Shown in pieces: positions 52,400-64,000 of a stretch of DNA of 64,000 bases; positions within the stretch are counted from its first letter, which is position 1, and each line of letters begins with the position of its first letter. The notes under the pieces are model-generated. The model made no database searches and was not told the DNA's origin. It worked only from the letters and a program-made list of their open reading frames with translations. Source of the stretch: Chiloscyllium plagiosum (lineage: Eukaryota); NCBI RefSeq assembly GCF_004010195.1, contig NC_057719.1, positions 68,289,873 to 68,353,872 of the forward strand. Reading direction: 5' to 3'. The translations under genes and the position numbers were made by a program.

Positions 52400-54720
52400 G
52401 TCATTGAGTCAGGTAGTCTAATTCCCATGTAGTAACAATAGTAGTTGATGGTGACAAGTAGTCACCTACTACAAGAGCGTAGAGGTTTACCCTACGCTTT
52501 ATCCGTGAGCAGTCTGGGAAGCCGTTGGTCATTCATGGCTCTTTAGTTTGCATAGTTTGGTATTCATTGCAGGCACTGCATTGCCTGGTGTGATCCTGAA
52601 TCTTCTGGCACATGTTTGGCTAATAGAACAGTTCTCTTGTCTTCTTCAGATTAGATGTAGTTCCTTGATCACTTGATTTGATCTGCTTCCGCATCTCTTT
52701 TCTCATTTCATTGTCTCGACACCATCATAACTATTGCATCTTTGTATGTCTAAAGCTCTGTTAGACCGACAGTGTGCGTCTTCAATGCTTTCTGGCCATC
52801 CTTACATCAGTACTTCCTGCAGCACTTGGATAGTTACATTTTGTTGCATAATTCGCTTGACTTGAACAATATGTTTGTCTTTCAGAGTTAATATTCCTGT
52901 CAGGTTGATACCTGTTATGTGTCATTGAAGCTGGAAGACAGTACAACCTGCTTTGGCAACCTCCACTCCTCAATAGGGCCTGCTGCTCCCAACAGCATAT
53001 TGTCAGTGTACATCTGTTTCCTGTGTTTATTTGTCACATCCAGATCATATCTCTGCCAACAAAGTAATACAGTTTGCAGGAGCAAATTACTGCAGGCTCT
53101 GGAATCTGCATTGGAAACAGCAAATGCTGGAGATCACAATGGGTCAGACAACATTCATGGAGAGAGAGCAAGCTACCATTTCGAGTCTAGATGGCTCTTT
53201 ATCAGAGCTCTGAAGAGTCATCGAGATTCAAAATGTCAGCTTGCTCTCTCTCCATGGATGCTGTCTGACCAGCTGTGATCTCCAGCATTTGTTGTTTTTA
53301 GTATGGTTTGCAGTTGGTTGGAGCAGATAAAAGCAGTTTGTGTGAAATGCATGGAAGTGGCCAGTGGTCAGACGTTACTGTCACTTTGTCTATTCTAAAC
53401 TGTATTGATTAAAGGCAGTTTTTGGTAACACTAACAACTGCAGGCAACTCTGTATGTATGGTGATTCAGAGATGCACCATTCTAAACATTGATGTCATTA
53501 CACAGACTTGACATGCAACGTCAGGCACAGATGCATGGGCAAGGAAGGGCACAGGATTTTAAACTGGGCTTCAGCTGTGGGGAGACTGTGCAATGTGGGG
53601 CTGGGGTTAGGTGGGGGGAGAAGCCCTGGAGTAGGAAGCCCTGCAGTCCCAGAAGCTGTGTGTTGGGGCGCAGAGTGGCCAACAAGGAGAGCCCAGGAAC
53701 TGGGACGTGAGGTGGGGGGGAGATGACGAAGAAAATCCAGGAGCTAGTAGGCCAACTCCTTCTCTGTCTATCTTATGCACTCCCCTGGTTCGTAATCCTG
53801 CCCATTCCCTTTCTCTTGGGTTCTCTCCTGGATCCCAACCTTCTCCCCTGCTCCTCTTTTCCCTACTACCCTTTTCCTGATCACTTGCCCCCAATCTCTT
53901 AACCCCTATCCCACTACATCCCTCGAAATGCTCACAAGGAAAGACAATGATAAGGCACACTTTCTGTATCTGAGCACAGTGTCACTCAGTTTGCATTCAT
54001 GCTTCGGATGCAAATACAGCCTGCCTTCCTGCTGAGTAAGGGTTGCTCCAGGTCATGTCTCATTGCACTGTTAGATGACTTCTTCATTAACATCAGAGTA
54101 CCTCAGCACTGGCATGGTCATCGATAGTTGGTTACTGCTGGTGAGAGCTGCTTTCTGATATTATTGCCTGAAGGCCACTACATGTCCTTGCACTGAGCTT
54201 CACACACTGATGACAAAATGAGACAAAAACTTTGCTGAATAGTTCATGAATTTGCTAAATAGTTCATGTTGCAGCAGTTTCACACCTATTGATTGCTGCA
54301 GGTACTTGTCTTGTTGGGTTCTGGGTGAAGTCTTTTTGCTGTCAGAATATTAACTAAGTGCTTGATTTCAGACACCTTCAATTGCACCTTTCCTTCTTCA
54401 GATTCAGGCTCCTCTGGCAAGCTCTCTCTAACAGTGACACTAGATTCTGATTGTGATTCTGCAATGAGTTCTACTATTGTGTCTCCACATCCACAGACTA
54501 ATAGATTATCCACAATAGTTTGGACTCCTAGAACATCACTGATTATCTTGTGCTACCTGCATTGCACAAGCTTCTGGACCAATGGGAGTACCAAATGGCA
54601 TGCGCAACCATCTCCTGAATGATCTCCAGAATGCAGTTAGAAAATCATTGCCTTCATTCAGTTTCACTTGCTAGTAGCCATCTGTTTGCATCAAGAATAA
54701 TAAAATCCTTTGCCTTGACA
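52400..54720 (-). mobile_element. Ty3/Gypsy pol remnant (RT - RNase H - integrase)
   Basis: In order on minus: ILDA..GY*QVKL, FRRWLRMPFG (54590-54619), IVDNLLVCGCGDT (decayed RT catalytic motif), PVLRY..EEV..QC..AQIQKVCLIIVFPCEHF (RNase H), VTSDHWPL, QRYDLDV, GWPE, QDHTRQCSACNEY (integrase zinc finger). RT-RH-INT order is Gypsy-type. Confidence 0.85.
53080..53301. mobile_element. Penelope-derived fold-back mini-element inserted in Gypsy pol
   Basis: Inverted arms centred on TCAGAGCTCTGA (53202-53213). TSD TACAGTTTGCAG / TATGGTTTGCAG at 53068-53079 and 53302-53313; the two differ as expected from decay of one CpG. Confidence 0.8.
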
Positions 54721-54734
54721 AGTTCACAGAATAA

Positions 54735-55250
54735 CAGAATTGTTACAATGCAGAGCGCCCAATGTGACTGCACTGACTATCTTGATTTAATGCTAATCTC
54801 CTGCTATTACTCAGCAGTCCTTGCACATTGCTTCTTTTTAAATAATAATCTAATGCCCTCTTGAATGTCTCAATTGAGCCTGCCAACACCACATGACCAA
54901 GTAATGCATTCCACACCCTAACTAAACACTGCTTGAAATAATTTTTTTCTCATCTCCCTACTATTTAGTTTTCAGAACTCTTTAAAACTTTGCCTCAGGC
55001 TTTCTATCCTTTTATGAGTGGAATCAGTTTCTCTCTATCTTTTCTGTCTAGACCTTTCATGGTTTTGAGAAATTCAATCAAATCTCTTCTTAGCCTTCTC
55101 CTCTTCAACAAAAGCAAGCCCAACTGCTTCAATTTTTTCTCATAACTGAAGTGACTCAACCCTGCAATCATTTCAGAACATAGAACATTGAATATAGAAA
55201 AGTACAGCACAGGAAAGACCTTTTAGCCTATAATGTCAGTGCTGCATAAA
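54735..55250 (-). mobile_element. CR1 LINE 3' fragments
   Basis: ORF 55004-55210 SYEKKLKQLGLLLLKRRRLRRDLIEFLKTMKGLDR is the CR1 ORF2 C-terminus. Confidence 0.8.
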
Positions 55251-55264
55251 CCAATGCTTTCACA

Positions 55265-55962
55265 TCTTTGGGAAAAGGTGAGGTGCAAAAAGACCTGGGT
55301 CTCTTCGTGTGCCAGTCTCTCAACCATTCAAGTGCAGCTGTAGTGAAGAAGGCAAATGATATTTTGGCCTTCATAATGAGAGGAGTCAAGTATGGGAACA
55401 GAGTATGTATTGCTGTGATTGTACAGGCCTTTGGTTAGCCCACGCCTGGAATATTGTGTGCAACAATGGTTCACAAGATTGATTTCTGGGATGGCATGCT
55501 GATATATGAATAGAGATCGAATGGTAAGGAATATATTCACTGGAGCTTAGAAGAATCGAGTGGTGGGGGCTGGGGGCGGGGGTGGATTGTATAGAAACCA
55601 ATAAAATTCTAACAGGGCTAGGCAGGATAAATGGAGGAGGGATGTTCCCAATGACCAAGGAGTCTAGAGCCAAGGGTCACAGTCTAGAGTTATGAGGCTT
55701 GTCATTTAGGATTCAGGTTCAAAGAAATATCTTCACCCAGAGAGTGGTGAGCTTGTGGAATTTAGTATGATAGAAAGTGGTTGAGGCCAATATTTTGAAT
55801 GTTTCCAAGTAGGAGTTAATGTAGTTCTGAGGGCTAAAGGAATCGATAGGGGATGGGGAGAAAGCAGGACCAAAATACTGAATTGGATGATCAGTCAAGA
55901 TCCTAATGAATAGTGCAGCAGGCTCGAAGGGCCCAATGGCCTAATCCTCCTGTTTCCTATTT
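55265..55962 (+). mobile_element. CR1 LINE 3' portion
   Basis: LYRPLVSPRLEYCVQ and TTCACCCAGAGAGTGGTGAGCTTGTGGAAT motifs; tail GGCTCGAAGGGCCCAATGGCCTAATCCTCCT. Confidence 0.85.
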
Positions 55963-57669
55963 GCTGTTAATATTTATTTGTTACGCAAGACCACATCCCG
56001 TGGTATTGCTTTTCACAAAGAAAGTGACACAATTGAAATCTGACAAAATGTATGAGTTATGCATTTCTGTGCTTTGAGAGTATATTTAATTGAAATTGGT
56101 GGGCACAGCCATTGAAATATAGCCTAAAATTATTAACTTCCATCTTGCTGAGAAACTTTGAAAAGATTAGTCTGTTTATACTTTAATAATGCATAACCTC
56201 CAAAGTAGAATTTATCACCATTTTCAATATCCCTGGTTGTGCTCTTTGCCTGGTCAAACCTGTGAGGTAAGTGGTACGTATTCAATCTTCTGCCCGTATA
56301 TCTCTTTACTAGCTCCAAGGAAGCACCTTGTGAGAGTAACTTGCTTTGATATCTTCATCGATTTGTCCCTCCCCCACTAAGAGATAGATGGCTTCTGTTT
56401 AGACATTTCCCCATTGAAAATGGTGGGGTTGGAATTGTGTCGGGGTAGAAAGGCTAGTGAGAATGTGGAAAGAAAGTGAGAGAATTGCTATGTTAGACAA
56501 CTGGTAAATAACACATGAACAACAAGAAGAAACAGAAATATAAACATAGGGACAGTTTTTCAACCATTCCATTCTCCATCAGAGAATTAATTTTGCTCCT
56601 GTACTTAGTTTTTGAGGCAAAATTCAAAATAGTGCTTTTTATAGCTAATTTTCATCTCATACCCGCACATATTTCTTTCTATTCATTGACATGATATTCC
56701 ATTGGGTAGTCTTGTGTTTGATAGTTCGACCAGTAAAATCTAATGCACAGTGTATAAAGGAACAACTGATATAACTAGGAACGCTCCATAAGTATACATT
56801 TGATTGGTGTAACATCATCCTAGGAATTCAGGGTATATGTTATTTCAGTGACTCTAATTCCTGTGCTGAGGTAACTGACGGACTTGCCCTTAGCACAAAG
56901 TACAAGTCTCATGTATTTGATGATTAAACATGTCCGATAAGGTGGATGAGATTCCCATATGGGAACTTAATGGTGACAACTACCTTAGGTAAAACAGATA
57001 TTGAAATGGTTTTTTGGGTTCTTTTTGGAAAGAAAATCCTTAATCTTTTGCTTGATATTGTTCCAAAACAGTAATGTCATAGTGTCTATTCGCTGGAAAT
57101 TTAACCTCTCGTAATTTCAAGATATTTTGATTTAAGAGGAAGTTATTGTGCCAGATAAGGCACCATTCCTGCCTCTGAGTCAGGTGTGGCGTTCAAGTTT
57201 CCCTCTAGGAGGTTTTGATGGCCATGCAAACTGTGTACATAATGTAACCAAAAAGACTGGTTCTCAGTCTGTAAACCTTTCCAATATTGCCATAACAGGT
57301 GGTAAGAATGGGAGATTTTCATAGTCAGTCAGGCTTGATGTAAAAGGACACTGCAGTGGCAGTCTGAAGACTTGTTCCAGGAAGATTTAGGTCTGGAAAC
57401 AGACTTTAGTACATACATCATGTCCTCTGAGTGAACTGTTATACCGCCACACCAATCTGCTTAACCATCCCTAGTGCATCAGGAACATTGTATTCATATA
57501 ATGTGCCAGTTAATGTGGGCTGGATTACATTTTATTCATGTCTGTATTATTATGTCCAGAATGCAGCTAAACACAACTAGCTGTGGCTAAATAAAAGGCC
57601 ACCCTGTTTTGTGTCAAAAGTTTAAATTTATAATTAATTCATCTTCTACTAGGTCTCATTACATAATAG

Positions 57670-57859
57670 GAGGAGAAAGTGAGGTCTGCAGATGCTGGAG
57701 ATCAAAGTTGAAACTTTATTGCTGGAACAGCACAGCAGGTCAGGCAGCATCCAGGGAACAGGAGATTCGACGTTTCGGGCCTGTGCCCGAAACGTCGAAT
57801 CTCCTGTTCCCTGGATGCTGCCTGACCTGCTGTGCTGTTCCAGCAATAAAGTTTCAACT
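57670..57859. mobile_element. Penelope-derived perfect fold-back mini-element (family 1)
   Basis: Perfect 75-bp inverted arms at 57706-57780 and 57785-57859 around loop CTGT; 15-bp TSD CTCATTACATAATAG at 57655-57669 and 57858-57872. Confidence 0.9.
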
Positions 57860-60362
57860 CATTACATAATAGTAGAACCATTATCCTTCAGCGTAATGAA
57901 AATAATCCCTCTGTGAATAATAAAAATTAAGAATTCACATTAACTTGGCAGAAATATCTCAAAGCTATTCCAAACAATTCATTCCTGCTGACATATAGTT
58001 GTCATAGGCAAGCATGACATTTGACAGGATGACTCAGAGGAATAGAGAAACTGTTCTTGGTTGCAGGAGTAATGTTGGTTTGGACACCTGGAGTACTTTC
58101 TGTTTTCTTCAATAAGCATAATAGGAGTATTGCTGAATTAACAGTCTGAAATAGGAGATTTCTAATCCATTTTGTGCCCTCTCCTCTATGGCATAACACT
58201 CACAACTGAATCAATATATTCTTGTAAGGAGAAATTATGACTTGAATTTTCAATCAGACCACCCCTTTAATTTGAAAAGGAACAAACTGTTTCAGTCTTG
58301 GAACAGTTGATGCATCCACAGTCAATGTGGTTTTCACTAAATTGCTTGAACTGCATATCCATGGTCCCCTGACAGCCGAGCAAGTTTATTCAGTGAATGG
58401 CTGGGATTTACAAGCTCATATAGTCTGTGCTAAATCAAGGTGTGCTAACTGGCCCTTGTGTCCCTGGCTACGTGAGGATAAAAGCCAGAATTCCCACTCC
58501 TGATTATGATGCAGTGATCCCTGCTGGAAATAGTGTGTGACCATGTCAAATGATAAACAAAATGATGCTTAACTGCATACTTCTTGTTATTGAAATAGGG
58601 GTTGTATGCAAACAATAAGCACTTTGGGTTTGGTATTAAAGGGGTATCAATGCATATGAAACCTTATACCAACAAATATACTTATGGGGAAAAATTGTTT
58701 TAAAAAAACAATCTTTGTTATCGAGCAATTATAAATGTTGGATATAGTTTGTGTTTCCTCAGAGGTAATGCATCCCTTGCTAATGTTTGTGAAGCTTTTA
58801 CCAGTTTGTCTTGACTTTTAAATACATTTACTCATTTCCTTATTTTATTCTCTCTATCCTCATCCAATCCCTGCACTAAAACTTATTCTATGCCAGGAGA
58901 CCTACATCCATTTTGGGATGTGGGATAACTGGAGGCTTAGTAGAATTACCCAGAGTAATTCAACCACCTTTCAACAGCACAGTCTAGCATGTCTTTTGGA
59001 CATTTTAAAAAGTCTTTGCTTATTTCTTTATTAGAATATATTTCTTTTCTTAGCTTAATATGCTGTAGAAAGCATCACTCTATAAGTAAATGAAGAATTG
59101 AAATAATATTGAAGAAGTTAAAGTTTTTTATAATGTAGATTGCTTTCAAATTTCAAAATATTGCAATGTTTCCTATGGTTTCCAGTTTTTTGTTGTGTTT
59201 AATTAGTGAGCAGTAAAACAATTTTTTTGTAATTAGTTTTTAAAGCAAAAATTGCCGATAAAGATAAGGAATCCTGTAACTTATAACCTCTTGATAATAT
59301 CAATTTAAAACTGATAAATTATTTTGTAGCAAGAATACTCAATGCAAAAATGTAATTGCGTGCATTATAAGCTTCTGTTTATAAGTATATTGTGTTTCTG
59401 CTGCATTATTGGATGTGCTTGTACAGTTTTACATCCCATACTCACTTGAATCCCTTTCTACATTCAGCAGATCTAAGTGAATTTAATGTCATGTGGGAAT
59501 TGTGAAGGTTGCATTACATGGATCAACTGAAAATAAATGCACTAGTGAGACCTGATCAGCAAGTTTTAAAAGTTATACTAGAAAAATATAGATGGCAAAA
59601 TGCAATTTGTGTAATATGAGCCTTCAATCCAATCCTGAATCCAGAAGCAGTTCTGTAGTAGGCAAATTATAATCTCCTTAACAAATGCACTTAATGCTAG
59701 GTGTTTACATTTTAATTCACTTTGCTGGAAGATGGGAAATAAAAGGTTGCTGCACATCAAACTGACAGGAATTTGATGCTTTACTTTGACACAACGTAAA
59801 ATTAAAATCTGGATTTCACTATCACTGAAATGTAATACTTTTCAATGAATTTGACTGTCACTTGGATAATTTGACCTTATCCACTTAGATAACTCCCAAT
59901 TGCTGAGTATTCAACAGGCTTTCACAGATAATAACACCACAAACCTTTCTGGACTATTGAATAGGGATTTCTTAGTTTTTAAACCTGTAATGAAGATGAG
60001 GCTCTCACAGTTTCTTCTATCAAATATAAAGGAATAAGCAATTTAGAAATGACATTGTTATTGAATATATTGTTCAAAAATATTACAATAAAGAGGTTAA
60101 ACTAGATGGTTGTCAGTAAAGCAATAGACTTTTCTTCACAGTGGTCATTACCTAGATCTCATTACTAAGATGAAAGGTGTATTATACATATCATTATACA
60201 TATCAAAATAATGGCATGTGGGTGTTGATTACTTCTGTGAAATGTTTTCTTTTAAAAAGAACAAGGTTTTAGAGTCCTTTGGAACAGTGTCTTAATTTAA
60301 TATTGCTAAGAAAGCAAGTGGCTGTAGAACCCTGTGGTTTATTAATAGAAAATTGTTTATAC

Positions 60363-61002
60363 TGTTGTGGTTTATGACAGATAAGTAAGCATTGAAGCCA
60401 ATTCACTTGTTTTCAGTTTAGAATAATCAAGAATTGACTGTAGGTTTTTAAAGCAATTCAGAGGAGGCCTGATTGGGGTCATAAACAAGTGTTTTTCTTT
60501 CCTAGACAGGATTATTTTCAGAGCAATTCAAGGAAAACATAGTCACCTCAGTAGAAGTTTAGCTTATGTAACTTCCAGGTCAGAAGAGTTTGGTTAGAAA
60601 TCTGCAGAGCATTAGAAAGTATTACAGAAAATATTAGCTCTGTTCTGTGAATATTCATTTAAGAGGGCTTCACAGGAAAGAAATTGGGGAGAATCAGCTC
60701 AGTAAAACTTAAATATTTGATTAGAGAGGGGTAATTAATCCAAACTTAAATTGATGGTATTGTGAAATAGGTGAAAATTTGTTTTGCTGTGTGTTTTAAG
60801 ATTTTTTTCTAAACTCTCTTCTAAATCCAGATAGCTTTTTACTTTGTGTAGTGAACTTCTGTTATGTAGCTGAAGGGACTCTGCAGGTTTGTGTGATTAT
60901 GTTGCAACAATTGACCTACAAGTTAAACTAAAATATTTATCAAGCCAGATTTCATTCTGGAATCTGACTTGTTCATTAATAACATCAGTTCGGCTCATAA
61001 CA
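60363..61002 (+). mobile_element. Solo LTR (family A), uninterrupted copy
   Basis: TG..TCATAACA termini, flanks TTATAC / TTATTC, homology to 50805-52318. Confidence 0.6.
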
Positions 61003-61616
61003 TTATTCTCCATGTTCTGATAAGCACTCTCATTCTGTGTTGCTGAAGATGGACAACCCAGCAAAAATAGAGGAAATAAGAGCTCAGAAGAGAGCTTATG
61101 TTCTTGTTTACAGATCTCACAAATTTGTGATTAGTGATTTTCAGTGTTGTTCAGCCTGGAGTGCTTTGAGTAACCTGGTGAAATAGTTAAGAAGCACAAC
61201 TTCAGTCCTCTATCTTATCTGCAACATGTATTGTTTGCTATATCACTTACCTTTGGAGATAATTTTAATACTTGTGGCTATAATGATAGATGAGTAATCT
61301 CATTACGTGTTATGAATCTATCACATTTTGCTGAATGTAGGATTCAATTTCTCTGGTCTCCAATGAATCTGCTTTGATAGAAAGCATTGCAGTAAGACCT
61401 GAAAAGGTGGACATGGTAATTTTAACAACCCGTATTATAAATTTTATTCAGTGCTCTCAAGAATTTTATTGTGCAATGGAACCATGGAAGTAACTCCCTT
61501 TGGAGGGGTGGAGGGGGCAGGTGAATTTCAAAATACACAAGTACAGTCTGATCCAAGCTGGTCCAAAATTTCAATTTTTATCTGCTTTTTCTAATTTTAA
61601 AATGCAGTACCAAGAA

Positions 61617-62523
61617 AACACTGCCCTTCATAATTGTGCTATCAGTAATCATAAACATGTGAATTAATTACATGTACATTATATCTGCATTGACATCATA
61701 TTGATGCACAATGATACGCTGTGCCACCGTGGGCGGCACGGTGGCACAGCGGTTAGCACTGCTGCCTCACAGCGCCAGAGACCCGGGTTCAATTCCCGCC
61801 TCAGGCGACTGACTGTGTGGAGTTTGCACGTTCTCCCCGTGTCTGCGTGTGTTTCCTCCGGGTGCTCCGGTTTCCTCCCACATCACAAAGATGTGCAGGG
61901 TCAGGTGAATTGGCCACACTAAATTGCCCGTAGTGCTAGGTAAGGGGTAAATGTAGGGGTATGGGTGGGTTTCGCTTCGGCGGGTCGGTGTGGACTTGTT
62001 GGGCCGAAGGGCCTGTTTCCACACTGTAATCTAATCTAATCTAATCTAATCTAAAATCTATCCTTAAAATAGTTCAATGAGGGAGTTTATCTTAAAAATC
62101 ATTGTAATTTTAATACCTGCTGGCTGTGATGCCCAGCAACTGTTCTGGACAAAGGGAATCCAAAGGTGATCTATGAGGTAACTGCCTTTTCTAACACTGC
62201 TTATTGGTCAAACCAGAGGGAGTGTGGTTCAGCTGCCACTCCCTCCTCTCTGCTTCTTTGTTTGACCGCCAACCAAACTTTCAATCTGCTTCACTGCATG
62301 ATCAGAAGGTGAGACAGAAGGTTATTAGACCTGATTCTGTTGTTCAGTTCAACTAGGCCTCCAGGAAAATTGTATTTCAAGATTTCTAAAGCACTGTGCT
62401 CTCTTCTAGCCTCCCTTTAACACTGCCCTTCATAATTGTGCTATCAGTAATCATAAACATGTGAATTAATTACATGTACATTATATCTGCATTGACATCA
62501 TATTGATGCACAATGATACGCTG
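61617..62523 (+). repeat. 105-bp perfect dispersed direct duplication (61617-61721 = 62419-62523)
   Basis: Base-by-base identical; offset 802 bp. Confidence 0.95.
61731..62054 (+). mobile_element. HE1-like V-SINE, full length and young
   Basis: A box TGGCACAGCGG, B box GGTTCAATTCC, V-domain, CR1-like tail and (CTAAT)n; many CpGs retained. Confidence 0.92.
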
Positions 62524-62614
62524 CTGAATGGAATTGCCCTTGCTGCACATTGAGACTGGACCTCATGAATTGATGGCATCAAGTCAAAAATGGACATGTA
62601 AGGAAGCACTGAGG

Positions 62615-64000
62615 ATGGTAAGGGCACATAATTTACACAGGGTGGGGGATTTCGATGTCCACTACCAAATGTAACTCAGCAGCGGCACTACTGATCAGCT
62701 GGTCATCTCCTACCGGACATAGTTGCTTGACTGGGTCTGCAGTAGGTGGTAACATAACCAACAAGAGAGAAAAACATACTTGACCTCCTCCTTGACATTC
62801 TGCCAGCTGCTGATACATCTGTCCATGACAGTATCGGGAAGAGTGACCACTGCACAGTCTTTATGGAGACCAAGTCCTGCCTTCACGTTGAGAATACACT
62901 CCATTGTGATGTGTGGCATGATCACCGTGCAAATTTGGACAGACTTCGAAAAGATCTAGCAACTGAAGACTGGACATCCATGAGGCACTGTAGAAAATCA
63001 ACAGCTGCAGAACTGTACACCAGCACAATCTGTAACCTCATGGCCAGGCATATTCCCCACTCAAACATTACCATCGAGCCAAGGAATCAACTCTTGTTCA
63101 ATGGAAAGTGCAGGAGGGAATACCAGGAGCAGCACCTGGCATACCTGAAGATGAGGTGTCAACCTGGTGAAATCGACACATAGGATTACTTACATGCTAA
63201 ACAGTATAAGCAGTGAGTGATAAGCCGAGCTAAGTGATGGGACATTCCCCTATCTAGATCAATGGAGCTGACATAGGCATTGTCAAGAGCGTCCAGTTCC
63301 TGGGAGCTTCCTCTTCAGAAGACGAAGGAAATTTGGCATGCCCATAAGGACCCTCACTAAAATTTACAGATGCACCAGAGAAAGCATTCTATCTGGGTGC
63401 ATCACAACTTTGTATGGCAACTATTCCACCCAGCACCATAGGAAACTACAGAAAGTTGTGAACACAGCCTCGACCATCACGCAAGCCAATCTCTCAACCA
63501 CTGACTCTATTTACACTTCTCATTTTCGTGGAAAGGCAGAAACATCATCATCGATCTCTACAAATATCCACATCCTTGATGATAGAAGAGCCCAGCACAT
63601 CAGTGCAAAAAACGAAGCTGAAGCATTCACAGGAATCTTCAGCCAGAAGTACCAAGTGGATGATCCATTCTGGCCTCCTCCAGTAGTCCCCAGCATGACA
63701 GATTCCAGTGTTCAGCCAATTCGATTCTCTCCACATTATATCAAGAAATGATTGGAGGTACTGGATACTACAACGGATATGGTCACTGAAAGCATTCGGC
63801 AATAGTACTGGAGTCTTTTGCTCCAGAACCTGCTGCTCCCCTAGCCAAGCTGTTCCAGTACAGCAACAACACTGGCATCTACCCACCATTGTGGAAAATT
63901 GCCCAGTTATGTCCTGTACACAAAGAGTAGTGTAAATCCAGCCTGGCTCAATACCGCTCCATCAGCCTACTCTCAATCATCCATAAAGTGATGGAAGGTG
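62615..64000 (+). mobile_element. RTEX-like LINE fragment (endonuclease end to RT start), decayed
   Basis: VGDFDVH..PTREKNILDL..SIGKSDH (APE motifs), then ISAKNEAEAF..IFSQK..VDDP..PPP..TDSSVQPIRF.P..IKK. Confidence 0.75.
63238..63555 (+). mobile_element. Rex1/Babar LINE C-terminal fragment nested in the RTEX-like LINE
   Basis: TLTKIYRCTRESILSGCITTLYGNYSTQHHRKLQKVVNTASTIT matches the FYRCTIESIL.GCIT.WYGN..LQRVV motif (DUF1891-type). Confidence 0.75.

Noticed and set aside
57609..57916. The same peptide (LEQHSRSGSIQGTGDSTFR..) on both strands
   Set aside because: A consequence of the DNA palindrome in a non-coding terminal repeat.
61731..61805. tRNA gene (A and B boxes), also at ~6440-6510 and ~37520-37590
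   Set aside because: These are tRNA-derived SINE heads continuing directly into the V-domain and LINE-like tail.
1..64000. CRISPR array, operon or other prokaryotic system
   Set aside because: No regularly spaced repeats or gene-dense coding DNA; the content is vertebrate repeat-rich non-coding sequence.

Overview
AT-rich, repeat-dense vertebrate genomic DNA with one assembly gap (N at 3758-4606). The repeat families (HE1-type V-SINEs with (CTAAT)n tails, CR1 LINEs, Penelope-like elements) point to a shark, possibly a bamboo/carpet shark; this is inference. I found no host protein-coding exon I can support, so the window looks intronic or intergenic, and almost all listed ORFs are chance ORFs or transposon debris. 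Recognisable decayed elements: a hAT/Buster transposase, a two-gene Harbinger transposon (DDE nuclease plus Myb/SANT partner), a Ty3/Gypsy pol with nested LTRs, and CR1, L2, RTE, RTEX-like and Rex1/Babar LINE fragments. The most interesting signal is about 12 Penelope-derived insertions from at least 4 families that carry minimal hammerhead-ribozyme cores (CTGANGA-stem-GAAA-CGTC). Several are short fold-back palindromes whose symmetry axis lies in or next to the ribozyme core. Two near-perfect local templated duplications (151 and 105 bp) sit at retroposon junctions. Long repeat-poor tracts may hold conserved enhancers, but this cannot be tested without alignments.
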